From: Octopus vulgaris
Lineage: Eukaryota
Length of the DNA: 64,000 bases
Direction of reading: 5' to 3'
Assembly: GCA_951406725.2 (NCBI GenBank)
Contig: OX597838.1
Coordinates: 10,726,001 to 10,790,000 of the forward strand
Shown here: one piece after another, positions 27,532 through 42,881 of the stretch
Layout of the letters: the number at the start of each line of letters is the position of its first letter
Position numbering within the stretch: position 1 is the stretch's first letter
Program-made: the position numbers and the translations under genes
The notes under the pieces: generated by a model
Database searches by the model: none
Told to the model about the DNA's origin: nothing
Seen by the model: only the letters and a program-made list of their open reading frames with translations

Positions 27532-27593
27532 GTTGTAATTTACAGAAAAACAAAAGATGAAGACAGGTGTATAAACAACAAGCAGGTGTATTA

Positions 27594-27625
<32 letters not shown>

Positions 27626-27707
27626 CATATACATAAATATGCATACATATATATATACATAAATATGCATACACATACATATATATACACATGTATACAT
27701 TTATGCA

Positions 27708-27749
<42 letters not shown>

Positions 27750-28605
27750 CATACATATATATTTAGAAACATATATATACATACATATATATTCACACAC
27801 ATATTGAAAAAAGAAAAAGAATAACTTTGCTGTTAGGTCTAATCAGTTTAATTTATTATTTTTTAATTTTTTAATAATAATATAAATTTTACACTTTCTT
27901 TGTTAGTTTGGCTGGGGGAGATTTAGGAAAAAAAAAATTTCCTTGTTAATTTTTCTGGAGAACTTCCTGGCATTCGTTGTCAATCAGATCTGAGGATTTG
28001 GGGCTTTGTGATTCTATATATGGAAGTTGGGTGTGTTTGGGGATTGGGGCTGGGGTTTGTTAATCAGTGTGGGAGTGAAAGAGGGTTAATGAGTAAGGGC
28101 TGAAAGGAGATAGGGAAGAGTCAAAACAGGGGGTGTAGTTTGGAGGAGGTGGACTGTTTTGTGAAGGAGTGTTTTGTGAAGCCATTTGAATAGCTGACCT
28201 TTGGTGAGAAATATAATGGTCAGATTTTTTTTTTTTCCAAATTCTTTCTTTTAGGAATTTTCTGTTTCAGGTGTGTGTCTGGGGTGTGGTGGTGTTAATG
28301 AGGTGTATGCTACATGCCATTTGACAAAAAATGTTTGTTGACAGAAATGTCTTTTTATATATTGGTTTGGGAGGGGAGGAGATCATGCTAGCTCACATAT
28401 TTACTTCTCTACATATAATAAACATAAAGTATATATACATCTCTCTCTCTCTATATATAATATATATATATATACACACACACACACATATGTATATACA
28501 TGCATACACCCCCACTCACACATAAATATCTCCTCCAGCTTACACACCTACACAGACATATATATACATATATATACTAAGAAAAAGAGAGGTAGAGTCC
28601 TTTTA

Positions 28606-28652
<47 letters not shown>

Positions 28653-28699
28653 CATATATATATACACGCACATACATATGTATACATATATATATATAT

Positions 28700-28925
28700 A
28701 AAAAATTAACAGAATGAGATAAAAAATCCAAGGCTATGAAAGATTTCAGGACATTTATGAATAGAAGCTTACAGCTGTTTCGTTGATAGTTTATATATCC
28801 CTTCATTGGAGACAGTGAAGGGATATATAAAATATCCTGGAAACAGCTGTAAGTCCTATTTATAAATGTTCTGAAATCTTTCACAGCCTTGGATTTTTTT
28901 AATCTCATTCTGTTAATTTTTTTTT
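28700..28925. mobile_element. fold-back element, (TA)n-flanked
   Basis: ~105-bp arms around 28806-28815; GAAAC-AGCT-GTA at 28840-28851. Confidence 0.65.
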
Positions 28926-29321
28926 TATATATACACATGCTGATATATACCTATGTTGGACTCCTCATTTGCATAATCACCGAACCTGGAGCTTAACTGT
29001 CATCTGTCCATACCTAATTACCTAATTCCAAACTGTGCGGACAATACTGGACAGACTTGGTGCCTCAACTTAAGTGCCTAATTCAACTGAATCTCAATTA
29101 TTTCTGTATATGGCCCAGTGGTTAGGGCAGCGGACTTGCGGTCGGAGGATCGCGGTTTCGATTCCCAGACCGGGCGTTGTGTGTGTTTATTGAGCGAAAA
29201 CACCTAAAAGCTCCACGAGGCTCCGGCAGGGGATGGTGGTGATCCCTGCTGTACTCTTTCACCACTCTAAAAGGCGGTGCTCCAGCATGGCCGCAGTCAA
29301 ATGACTGAAACAAGTACAAAA

Positions 29322-29383
<62 letters not shown>

Positions 29384-29590
29384 CACACACAGAGGAATAA
29401 TTAAAGGGAATAATTAAAAAATTTTCCCTTATGAGGTTTTACACATGCACATGTATATACATATATATACATACATACATATATATGCACATGTATATAC
29501 GCATATATACATGCATATACACACATATAAATGCATATACACACATATATATTCACACATATATACACACATATATACATACATATATAC

Positions 29591-29633
<43 letters not shown>

Positions 29634-29708
29634 TACATACACACACACACATATATATATATACACATATATACATACACACACACACACATATATATAT
29701 ACACATAT

Positions 29709-29751
<43 letters not shown>

Positions 29752-29919
29752 TATATATATATCGTCTGTAAAACATAAATCTGAAAGAAGAGATTCCCTC
29801 TAAGATATAGAGCAGTATATATTAAAAATAGGGAAGGTTTATTGGATTACCTTAGGATTATGGATTACACATACATAAAGGTAATCCCATAAACTGGACG
29901 TCCCCATTTTCAATATTTA

Positions 29920-29970
<51 letters not shown>

Positions 29971-30382
29971 GCATATAGACATACATATATACATATAGAT
30001 ACATATACATATACACACATTTACAACACATACACACACATATATATATATAAACACATACACATATATATACATACATACACAAACATACGTATATATG
30101 GCATATAATGCCATCATAATAATTTACAATGATTTTTGCATCATTTACTTCTCTAGGTTTGTGCAACTTTTAACTATTGGTATGTGCATGTGTGCATATG
30201 TATATGTGCATGCTGTGCTGCGTTAGAGTTTTCAAAGGTAAATAGTTAGCAACATTGCACGGGTAGTTCAATCATCAACAGCTATACACACACTGACATA
30301 AACATATACCTGTACACACACACACATATATACATAGACACACATATATATATATATATATACATATACACATATATATATG

Positions 30383-30438
<56 letters not shown>

Positions 30439-31743
30439 TATATGTATATATACATATATATGTATATATACATATATATGTATATATATACATATATATA
30501 TATATGTATAAATACATATATATATATACATAAATACATATATATATATATACATATATATATACATATATATATACATATACATATATATCTATATACA
30601 TACATATATATCTATATACATACATATATATCTATATACATACATATCTATATATATATCTATCTATATATATATATATACACACATACATATATATATA
30701 CATATATCTGTACACATATTTATGTATATATATATATATATATATATACTCACATACATATGAATATACATACACACATATATATTAACTTTTATATACA
30801 AAAACGTTAAATAGTGACTTCAAAAGTTTCAGCTGTTGAAGGCAAGATACTTGAGACTTTGAAGTCACTGTCAACCGTTTCCATGTAAAAGTTAATATGT
30901 AATCCACTACATTTTATAGGGTAATCCTTCAGTTTAATATTAATTGTTTTTGTATAGGTGCAGGAGTGGCTGTCTGGTAAGAAGCTTGCTTCCCAGTCAT
31001 GTGGCTCCGGATTCAGTTCCACGGTGTGGCACCTCGGAGAAGTGTCTTGGGCTGACCAAAGCCTTGTGAGTGGATTTGGCAGATGGAGACTGAAAGAAGC
31101 CCATCATATATATGTATATGTATCTATGTGTCTGTGTTTGTCCCTCTATCACCACTTGACGGCTGGTGTTGGTATGTTTACAAGCCCTGTAACTTAGCAG
31201 TTCAACAAAACATACTGATTGAATAAGTACCAAGCTTAAAAAAAAAGTACTGGGGGTCAATGCAATCAACTAAAAATTCAAGGCGATGCTCCAGCATGGC
31301 TACAGTCAAATGACTGAAACAAGTAAAAGATATAAAAAGAAAATGATAAAAAATATACAAGGTGACAGTAAAAAAAACTCTCATATATATATATCTATAT
31401 CTATCTATCTATATATATATATATATATATATATATCACAGTGATCACTGTGACCGACCAGGCTATCAGATGTTGCTACACATCGCTGGTCACAATGCGC
31501 TTTGCATTGTTTTAGCCTTCAAATGACACCACCCCGCTGGCTAAGCGAGCAGGCCAACAGGAGAAAGAGTGAGAGAAAGTTGTGGCAAAAGAGTACAGCA
31601 GGGATCGTCACCACCCCCTGCCAGAGCCTCATGGAGCTTTAGGTGTTTTCGTTCAATAAACACGCACAACGCTCGTCTGGGAATTGAAACCACGATCCTA
31701 CGACCGCGAATCCACTGCCCTAACCACAAGGCCATTGCGCCTC

Positions 31744-31782
<39 letters not shown>

Positions 31783-31876
31783 CTATCTATCTAAAGTAGG
31801 ATAATATTTTTCGGAAAAAATTCTATCAATGGTCAGCATATTAAAAAAAATACCTTTAAAGGTTAAATTTATAAAC

Positions 31877-32058
31877 AATTTATAAGTAAGGGCCAAAGAA
31901 AAAATTTCTAATGCCAAAATATGCTGAAAATAGACACAATGTCAATAACCATTATAATTTGTAGTGACAAATGATGAATTATAATGGTTATTGACGTTGT
32001 GTCTATTTTCGGCATATTTTGGCATTAGAATTTTTTCTTTTGCCCTTACTTATAAATT
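31877..32058. repeat. fold-back element
   Basis: ~83-bp inverted arms with ~17-nt loop. Confidence 0.75.
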
Positions 32059-32355
32059 ATATATATATGTTGATGCCATAAGAATCTGATAAACTATTGT
32101 TGCAAGAATGTGAAATAATTATTGTTTAGAACCTTGATTCTCAAAGCACATCAAACAAAGCTATAAATAATAGCAGACAAATATTGGGTTGATTTACCCT
32201 TTTGGGCAGAAAAAGTGCCTTGGACAGCTTTTGATATTTTGCAGCCCTAATGGTTTTTCAACCTGATATTTAGATACTATTACTTATAACTTTTTGTAAT
32301 GAGCCTATCTATCTATCCATCCATCCATGTATCTATTTATCTCTCTATACCTATA

Positions 32356-32529
32356 ATTTAAAACAGTTTGATTCGGTTCTATGCGACTTAAAGTTTCACC
32401 GGCCTCTAATGGAAACCCGTCTCTTTCAGGCTTTAGATTTTAATAATCTGAAGCCTGAAAAGAGATGGGTTTCTGTTAGAAGCCTGCGAAACTTTAAGTC
32501 ACATAGAACCAAATCAAGCGGTTTTAAAT
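32356..32529. mobile_element. fold-back element
   Basis: ~84-bp arms; CTGAAA(A)GA..GAAAC-TTTAA-GTC, the last part at 32488-32500. Confidence 0.65.
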
Positions 32530-32617
32530 AATACCTGTAAATCCTACTAAATGTGTTGAGTGCCCTTTTCTGTCATTTCTCCACTCATTCATGTGAGTGT
32601 ATGTGAGTATATATATG

Positions 32618-32657
<40 letters not shown>

Positions 32658-34239
32658 TATACACTTTTTGTACTTTTATTTACTTCACAAGATCCTTGAT
32701 GTTAAGTGGTTTTTCAAAACAAACATATATGCACACATCCATACACATTTATATTTAGACTTATATACACAAGTGAGATTAAGAGGACCTTTAAGTCTTA
32801 TCAAGAACATGACAATTTCTCTAGTGCAAATGCCATAGAAAATGTACCCAGTTCTCTTGGCAAAGGTGTTTGGTGATAAGGATGGCATCAACCATCAAAA
32901 CAAAACCAAATATTGAAAATAATGAGTGATTATATGCTTGGCAGTTCAATTCATTGAGGAGGGAAGTAAGTTTGAATAGGAACTGACTTGGAGTGTAATG
33001 ATCTGTCCAACCCATGTAAACATTAAAAGCAGATGTAAAATGGTTATATATATGTTTTCTTATTACCCACAAGGGGCTAAACACAGAGGGGACAAAAAAA
33101 GGACAGACAAAGGGATTAAGTCGATTACATCGACCCCAGTGCGTAACTGGTACTTTATTTATCGACCTCGAAAGGATGAAAGGCAAAGTCGACCTCGGCA
33201 GAATTTGAACTCAGAACGTAACGACAGACGAAATACCGCTAAGCATTTCGCCCAGCATGCTAACGTTTCTGCCAGGTCACCGCCTTTATATTTATATTTA
33301 TATTTATTTATATATATATATATATATATACTCAAAATAAGCAACCTTAATGCAGAGACCTTACAAACATTTAATAAAATGATGTAGTACGAAACGATTG
33401 TACCAAATTACCGGAGTCATTCTTGTTGCTTATTTTGATTATAATCACCCCATGGATTTATATGGATAACACCATACAGAATTCTGGTGCATCTAAATTA
33501 AGTACCATATTCATCTGAATCTAAATTTTTGCTGAACTTATATATATATATTTATATACACACACACACTTATACAGATACATATATCCACACAAGTAAT
33601 ATACCTAAATTCTTTTCTTTCACAATCCATTTGAGGCAGCTCTGTATATTGTCTTCATGTGTAAGAATGCAAAAACAACCATTCTCTGTTGTTCTGCCCA
33701 AACCTTGTGTCTTATGAGTAAAGGAAATGGCTCCAGTTTTGACAGTAAACTCAAGAGAGTTCAAGCAAGGGAGCTAATTGAACTTCAGTAATAATGAGTG
33801 GGAATTAGTTAGCACCAACACTGCATCTTAGAAATTCACTCCAAGACAAGGAAAAGGGCCTGCTAAGTACAACAGAGAGAAAAACTGACCAAAAAAATGT
33901 ACAAAAAATATACATAAAGAATTGTGTGAAAGAGATGAATGAATCTCAAGTTAAAATTTAATGAATATTTAGTAGTTTAAATGTAATTGTATGCTTCTGG
34001 TATGCCTCACATATTTCAAAGTTTAACAACAAATGATGATAATGATGAAATGATGTTGGTAAAGGATATTAAGTTCCCATACTCTCACAAATCCACACAT
34101 TTGTCTGGGCCAGGATAGAGCTGATTGGAATGGACCTAGTATGGGACTGGTTCTTAATTAACCAACTCCGGAGGGATTGTCCAGCATTCTACTATTTTAG
34201 CTATTTCATCTTCCTAATAATAATCGCATTAAATTCTGA

Positions 34240-35699
34240 TACAAGGCCAGCAATTCCAGTGGTGAGGTTTAGTTAATTACATTAACCCTAAGTCTTGAAT
34301 GGTACTTTAATTTATTGAGGATGAAAGGCAGAGTTTAATGTTGGTGGTATTTGAACTCAGAATGTAAAGAGTCAGAAAAATGCTACTTGGGATTTTGTCA
34401 AATAAACTAATGATTCTGTCAGCATGCTGTGTGTTTTACCATCTCTATAATATATTTCTTTACTACCCACAGGGGGCTAAACATAGAGGGGACAAACAAG
34501 GACAGACAAAGGGATTAAGTCGATTACATCGACCCAGTGCGAAACTGGTACTTTATTTATCGACCCCCGAGAGGATGAAAGGCAAAGTCGACCTCGGCGG
34601 AATTTGAACTCAGAACGTAATGATAGACGAAATACAGCTACTCGTTTCACCTGGCGTGCTAACGATTCTGCCAGCTTGCCAAGGTTTTCAACAGAGGCAC
34701 AAAGCCTGAAGTTTGGGAGGGATGTAATTAGTTGATTAAATCGAACCCAGCACATGCCTGGTATTTTATTGACCTTTGTGAGGACTTCAAACACAAAAGA
34801 TATTTCTTTATTGCCCACAAGAGGCTAAACATAGAGGGGACAAACAAGGACAGACAAAGGGATAAAGTCGATTACATCTACCCCAGTGAGTAACTGGTAC
34901 TTAATTTATCGACCCCGAAAGGATGAAAGGCAAAGTCAACCTCGGCGGAATTTGAACTCAGAACGTAGCGGCAGACAAAATACGGCTACGCATTTCGCCT
35001 GGTGTGCTAACGTTTCTGCCAGCTCAGAACAAATACTGAAGAGCATTTCTTTTTGATGGTCAAACAATTCTGCTAATCTACAATATGAATAATCATAATA
35101 ATATGCTCCCATGCTACATGTTCCCATTAAAATCCTTTTTACTAAAAGCACAAGGCGTGAAATTTGGGGGAAGGGACTAGTCCATTACATCGACCCCAGT
35201 GTTTCATTGGTGCTTAATTTATTGACCCCAAAAGGATGAAAAGCAAAGTCAACCTCAGTGGAATTTGAACTCAAATCATGAAGATGAAATACCACTCAGC
35301 ATTTTACCTGATGTGCTAATGATTCTACTATAGGCACAAGGCCTGAAATTTTAGGGGATTACACTGACCCCATTGTGTAACTGGTACTAATTTCATCAAT
35401 CCTGAAAAGATGAAAGGCAAAGTTGACCTCAGTGGAATTTGAACTCAGAACATTAAAGATGGATAAAATTCCACTAAGCATTTTGCCTGGCATGCTGACC
35501 GTTGTGGCCTTGAAATTTTGGGGGAGGAGACTAATTGATTACAGCGACCCCCAGTGCTTCACTGGTACTTAATTTATTGACCCTGAAAGGATGAAAGGTG
35601 AAGTCGACCTCAGTGGAATTTGAACTCAGACCTTGAAGACAGACTAAATACTGCTAAGCATTTTGTCCAGCATGCTAATGACTCTGCCAGCTCACCACC

Positions 35700-35748
<49 letters not shown>

Positions 35749-36885
35749 TGATGATGATAATGGTTTCACATTTTGGCACAAAGCCAGCAATTTCAGGGGA
35801 GGTGAGTTAATTACATTGACCCCAGTGTTTAACTGGTACTTATTTTATTGACAATGAAAGGATGAAAGGCAAAGTCAACTTCGGCAGAATTTGATCTTAG
35901 AACATAAAGATGGATGAAATGCTGCTAAGCGTCTTGACCATGGTGCTAATAATTTTCCCAGATTTCCAACTTAATAATAATAATAATAATAACAGTGTTT
36001 TGAATATAAGCACAAAGGCCGGGAAAAAAAAGTTAGTTGATATGTTCAAGCCTAGTATATGACTTGTACTTTATTTTATCAACCATGGAGGGATAGAAGT
36101 TGACTTTGGTAGGATTTGAACTTGGAATGTAATGACCCAGAAGAAATACACCAAGGCAGTTTTCTAGTGCTATTTGAATACATAAAAACAAAAAGTTATA
36201 ATAATAATAATTCTATTATATGTTTGAAGCCTGAAATTTTTTGTGGGGTTGGCTAGTTGGTTACCAGCCCCAAAGCTCAGCTGGTTCTTAATTTTATCAA
36301 CTCTAAAAGAATGAAGGGCTAAGCTGACCTTGGTTGTGTTTGAACTCAGAATGTAAAGAGCTGGAAGAAATGTTGCTAAGTATTTTGTCCTGCACTCTAA
36401 CAATTCTGGCAGCTCACCCCCTTAAATAATGATAATAATAATCTTTTTTACTAAAGGCACAAGGCCTGAAATTTTGGGGGAGCGGACTAGTTGATTACAT
36501 TGACCCCAGTGCTTCACTGGTGCTTATTTCATTGACCCCAAAAGGATGAAAGGCAAAGTAGACCTCAACAGGATTTGAACTCAGAATGTAAGAGACTGAT
36601 GAAATCCAGTTAAGCATTTTGCTCAGCGTATTAACAATTCTGTCACTGCACTACCTTATATAATGATAATAACCCTTTCAACTCTAAGCACAAGGTCTGA
36701 AATCTGGGGGAAGGGGATAAGTTGATTACATTGACCCCCAGTGCTCAACTGGTACTTATTTCAGCGACCCCGAAAAGATGAACGTCTGCCTCAGCAGAAT
36801 ATGAACTCAAGAATCTAAGGACAGAAGAAATGTCCCTAAGCATTTTGCCCAGTGTAGGTAACAATTCTGCCAGCTCACTGCCTTT

Positions 36886-36943
<58 letters not shown>

Positions 36944-37140
36944 TGATGATTTCAAATTTTGGCAGGAGAAGTTGATTGCATTGACCCAAGTGCTCAACTG
37001 GTACTTATTTTATCAACCCTGAAAAAACGAGAGGCAAAGTCGACCCCGGCAGAATCTGAACTCAGAACAGAAAGACAGACGAAATATGGTTAAGACCATT
37101 CCACCCGACATATTAATGATTCTGCCAAGCTCACCACCTT
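34240..37140 (-). mobile_element. array of ~13 co-oriented SINE family A copies of mixed age
   Basis: repeated GGCACAAGGCCTGAAATTT..GACCCCAGT..AGGATGAAAGGCAAAGTC..GAATTTGAACTCAG units separated by (AAT)n. Confidence 0.85.
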
Positions 37141-37899
37141 ACATAGTAATAACAGTAATTATAAAAAAAAAAAAAAAAATAATATGAAAATAGAAATAAG
37201 CAAACTGCTCCTTGCTTATGATGAAATCAGGTAAATATTTGGAATTCAAGGGAACGAGTGTTGTTTTGTGTCGGCAAAAGTTAATCAATGTTTGTAATTA
37301 AAATAAAATTATTTAAAATCACAGCAAATCACTTTGCTGAAATTTAGTTTTATATACAAAACATTTGGCTTTTTTTTTTTTTTTTTTTTTTACATTGGTA
37401 ACAGAAAATACATTTATTGTTTCTACTTTATGGTTAAAGTAACAACATCAGATTGCTTCTGTGCATATTGATAGTAGGAAGATATATATATATATGTATA
37501 TATATTAAAAGAAAAGAACCCCAAACAAATGCACACAATAAAATAATAGTTATATTAGAGAAAGGTAGGAAATTGAAACAGAAATGGTATATTGTACGTA
37601 ACCTTTTCTTCCTTGTAATCAACTCCATCGAATCCCTTCTTTAAGAAGATAGGGCATGCTTTGAGGGGGAGATTTAGCTGCTCTTTCTAGTATGTTCACT
37701 GTTCTGTCTTTCTTTCTTGTGTTTTATCCTTTGTACTATGCATGCACTTTTGGCTGCTGTTACTGTTTTTCTTGACTTGATTTATTGCTTTCTGTCCACT
37801 CTTTTCCTCTTTTTCAGACAAGCTGTAGCACACTTGAACACTATTTACAATAAGCTTATTATTATTATTATTATTATTATAAATATTAACAGACTTTAA

Positions 37900-38116
37900 C
37901 CCTTTCATTAATAACCCGGGTGAAACCGGCTCTGGCTCTGAGTACAAATGTCTTGTTTTCACAAATTTTGAATTAAAATCTTCCAATTAAAATCTTCACA
38001 ATTTACGTTCCTAACACTAGCTGAATGATAACTAAGTTATTTTACTAAATTCTTTTTTATATTTAAAGTAATTCAAAGAAACAGAGTATCTCAAAATAAA
38101 TACAGTAACGAAAGGG
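37900..38116. mobile_element. piggyBac-type MITE
   Basis: TTAA|CCCTTTC..GAAAGGG|TTAA; second copy 57575-57795; another TTAA family at 5327-5858, 7287-7674, 10397-11001, 45052-45280, 48839-49062. Confidence 0.8.
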
Positions 38117-39499
38117 TTAAAACATCAGTTCAAATATGTCTGGAACATATTTGACCAGTAAAAAAGTCATTTTATTATTATTATTAACATTATGTTGTAT
38201 GTAACGTTTTCTTCCTTGTAATCAACTTCATCGAATCCTTTCTTTAAGAAAATAGAGCTTAAGAAGATAGGGCATGCTCTGAGGAGAGATTTAGTTGCTT
38301 TTTCTGGTAATATTCACTTTTCTTAGGGTGTTGCACTTGTGATCACGAAATCGTGATTTCAATTCCTAGACTGGGCGGTGTGTTGTGCTCTTGAACAAAA
38401 CACTTCATCTCACATTTCTCTGCGATCACTTCAACACCTGACCCATGGCACACAGTGCACCAGTCCAGGCAATGTCAATTTGACAGAGGGAGTGAACTAA
38501 TGTGTGGCATGAACATTTGATCACTATAAACAAAATCATTTGTGCAGGTAGTTGGACAAAAGCTGAACGCTCTTACGTCATCTTCGACGGGAGAGTCCGT
38601 CATATTATTATTATTATTAATATTATATAACCACAGGTACACGTAGCCTTTATGCTATTCTCAAAGACAATCACTTGGACATAGCATGTGATAAAGGTAG
38701 ACTTTTTGAATTATGGGTACACTCCTTCAGCACAGCTTCTGTCTACTAAGTTTAACTCACAAGGCCTGGGCTGACTCAAGTTTATTGTAAAAACTGATAC
38801 TTGGCCAAAATATCAAGCAATTGATTGAACCTGGGACTCAGGATTCTTAACCATTCAACCATGCTGCATCCACACAACATACACAACATTATAAGCATAT
38901 AACGTATACACTATATCATACAACACATCTATACACCACACCGTGCAACAAGTATACAATACAACATACACACCCTTTCATACATCACACAGTATATACA
39001 CCAGAACATCATACAGACAAAATCACACCAAAAACATGAGCCAACAACAGAGCCTCAATATAACCACTTTTGCTACTAGATATAGCCACCAAATCTCCCT
39101 CAAATCATCCCCCCCCCACCACTCAGAAATGACATTATTCAATGTGTCCTAAGTTCATTGGATACAAGAAAGACAGGATGGTCATGGATGGAATGCTTTT
39201 GATTCAAAACCTGCTTGATCAGAGATGGCTTGGGGCTGAACAATAGTAATCATAACAGCTGAACTTCCCTCAAATCCTACCTTATCTTCTTAAATGATGA
39301 TAGAAACATTGGACAATGTTTTGAGTATTCATTCGGATGAATTTGTTCATTTTTTTTTCTGCTTATTTTAATCCTTTCCAACATTATTTGAGTAAACATG
39401 AAAAATATTTTTATCGTAGTGTTTTTATGTGTTTTTTCCTCTAAAACTGTTCTTTATTGTTTTGGAAATTTAAATAAATTTTTTTTCCTTTTTTCCAGA

Positions 39500-39860
39500 C
39501 ATATGATGGTCGAGTGTTGAGCAGAAGGAAAAAAAAACCTCCAAAAACAAACAAAAAAGCATTTTTGACACTGGTTTCTCTTCACTTCCAGTCAAGCTGC
39601 CAAAAGCTGTTTGAGATATTTGTGCTGTGTATAAAGAAGGGGGCAATTACTGAAAGAACTGCACAGAAACAGTTTGCACACTTCAATGAAAGGAAATTTG
39701 GCCTTACAGACTCTCCATGTTTCCGTCAACAGGTTCAGCTCAACGAGGATCAATTGAATGAATTCATCCATGAGGATCCACCACCAATCCATTAAGGAAC
39801 TGGTCCAGCAGAGGGGGGGATGTGCTCACGGTACTGTCATTTGTCACCTCCACTCAAAAT
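39500..39860 (+). mobile_element. degraded mariner transposase N-terminal (HTH) fragment
   Basis: GAITERTAQKQFAHF..LTDSP..LNEDQLNEFIHEDP. Confidence 0.6.
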
Positions 39861-42377
39861 GGTTTGAAATAAATAGTAAAAAGTGAATAAATTTAGTCAA
39901 ATACCCAGTAGTAGTCTCTTATCTATGGATGGTTGTGGTGGCATGTCTTTTGTCATAAGTTGTACTGGAGGATCAGGGCTGATCTGGGACAAAACAATCA
40001 TAACAATTCCACTGGATCAATCTTGTTGGCCTTAAAATATTTTTAAAACTGAAGAAAATGAAAACGTGATTAGTAAAACAATCCAGACACCAAATAAAAA
40101 CCAGCTGATTGATATACTGAAACAGCAGTTGTAATAAACTGAGAGAAGAATTTGGTGGGGTCAGGAGCACACCGATGTAGAATTGTGTGTGTGTGTGTGT
40201 GTGAGTGAGAGAGAGAGAGAGGCAAAAATTTGGAGGTTAAGGTTGGCAAAGGTGAAGGAAGGTGTTTTTGATATCTGTTCATCCCAGTTGGAGGTTATCA
40301 TCTGACACAAAAAAAAAAAAAAAAAAAAAAATTGGTTTCTTTGGACCCATGGCCCCCCCACACATCCTTGAAAACTTTGAGAATGGTCAACAGTTGTTTA
40401 AAGCACAGCTAAACTTCATCAAAATGACATTAATTGTCACAGTCATAATTATTGTCATCATCATCATCATCATCATCACCTTTGTAACAATATGACTTTT
40501 TCAGAAAACAAACTCGTTAACTTATTTTTAATTACAATAATTTTCTGCAATCATTATCATGTCATTATTACTATTTTCTGTAATCATCATCATCATTATT
40601 ATTATTACTATCATCATTATTATCAACACAATAATAATTGGCATTAATAGATATATGTATACACACACACACACACATGTATGTGGGGGTGTATGCGTAT
40701 ATGTTTATTGGGTTGTTAGATAAATTTGTTCATCTTTTGCCTTTCCAATGTTATTTTAATTAACAGGAAAGATATTTTTTATTGCAGTGTTTTGTTTACC
40801 ATTTTTGAAATTTGAATAAATTTTACATCTTCTCAGACAAAGAGCGAAAACAAATTTATCCGAGAGCCCAATATACATATATATATATATATTTATTTAT
40901 ATATCAAAAATTATTTGTTAATTTTATATCTCAGTTAGTCAACATTAGAGCTGTTGGTTACGGGTGTTCCAACAGGATGGTCATTCGTTCACAGTATCCC
41001 TCATAATCAAGGTGACAAGAGGGGGTTTGTAACTTGGTGGACTTTGAAGTACACCGGTTTGGTTTTATTTGCCAATGTTAACAATCTTTGCTAGTATATG
41101 GCACAAAAATTAAACACACACACACACACATACACAGACACACATACCTATATATCTCAAATGGGCTTCAGCACAGTTTCCATCTACCAAATTCCACTCA
41201 CAAGGCAGTCAACCAAAGGCTATAGTAGAAGATGGTTTTCCAAGATGCACCTGCAGCAGGATTGGAACTTGGAACCCTTAAGTTGCAAAGTTATCTTCTT
41301 AACCACAAAGCCATTCTTATCTCATGATTGTTTTGTTCTGTGTCGTTTTTTTAATGTAATTTTTACATTTTTTAAAATTTAATTTTCGAAGAAAGTTGAT
41401 TGGAAATAAAAAATAAGTGAACAGACTTCGTGAATTCTGAGTGCAGATCAGAAGTTATGAATGAAAGAACTCAGTCAAAGAAAAACTCCCAGGCAAAATT
41501 AGATAACAATTATATGGATATTTGATATTATATCATTATTATAAGATATAATAATGATAATATATAATATATGATAATATATAATAATTATATATCATTA
41601 TCACATGATTGATCAGATCATTAGATGTTGTTATACATTGCTGGTCACAATGCGCTTTGTGTTGATTTAACTTTCGAATAATACCACCCCACTGGCTAAG
41701 TGAGCAAGTATATATATATATATATATATAATATCCAGTCATAAGAGGAGATTAGACAAAAAAAAAAAACAAACCCAAAAACAATTGACTTAATCCCAAC
41801 AGTATTACTGGTACTTGACTTGATCACACCTGGTGGATTTCAGACTTAGAAGACTGAAGAACAACACTTAAATACTGGAACTGCACAAAAAGCCAGGCTC
41901 TCTACTGCTTCTGTCACAAGGCCAAATATTTGCAGAAGTAGAGGTGATTGAATCAACCCACAGTGTATTACTGGGACATTTTGTTATAGTAATTTACTCA
42001 ATGATTCCCCTGGCACGGAATGTCAAAACTAAATGCTGTGACATGTTTAGATTATTCCCACCAACTTACAGGCTTCAATTAATAATAATAATAATAATAA
42101 TAATGATAATAATAATAATAATAATAATGATTTATGCACAAGGCCAACAATTTTGAGGGTGAGTGTTGGTCAACACCTTTGAGGCCAGTACTTGACTGGT
42201 ATTTAATCTTATTGATCCCCCAGAGCAATTAATAGGGCAGAGTTGATCTCAGTGGCATTTGAACTTAGAACATAAAGTGCCAAAACAAATATTGTAAGGC
42301 ATTCTTGTCTGATAATCTATTCTTACTGCCAATCCACCACCCTCGCAGCAATAATAATAATAATAATAATAATAATG

Positions 42378-42408
<31 letters not shown>

Positions 42409-42841
42409 TGACGGCAACAATAGCAAACATGAAAAAATATATAATTAGAAAAAAGTTAAAAAAGCAAGCAGGGGGCAGAGAAAAAAAGGGGGAATGAAAA
42501 ATAAAAATTAAAAAAAACATTTTTACAGAGTTTTTAGAAAGAATATTCCTTTCTTAGATTTTGCCTTTTTTTTTTGTTTTGTTTATTGTACAGCCAGTTT
42601 GGTCCAGCCAAATATTTACTTTAAAAACAATATAACAGTTTCTTTTATAATTATAATTTTTTTAACCATTTTTTTCTTTTTTATATATCTGAACAATGTT
42701 TTATGTGTTTTGTTGTTTAAACATTTAAAAATAAGCAGCAAGTGCTAAGAAAAAACAACAAAACAAAACAAAAACCCCAAAAAACAAAAACAAACCCAGT
42801 TATTCAGATGATTGACAACTGTGTCAAAAACAGTTTGATTA

Positions 42842-42881
<40 letters not shown>

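Noticed and set aside
37585-38320. ~115-bp direct repeat (37585-37700 vs 38200-38320) as an LTR pair
   Set aside because: No TG..CA ends, PBS or PPT; simple local duplication
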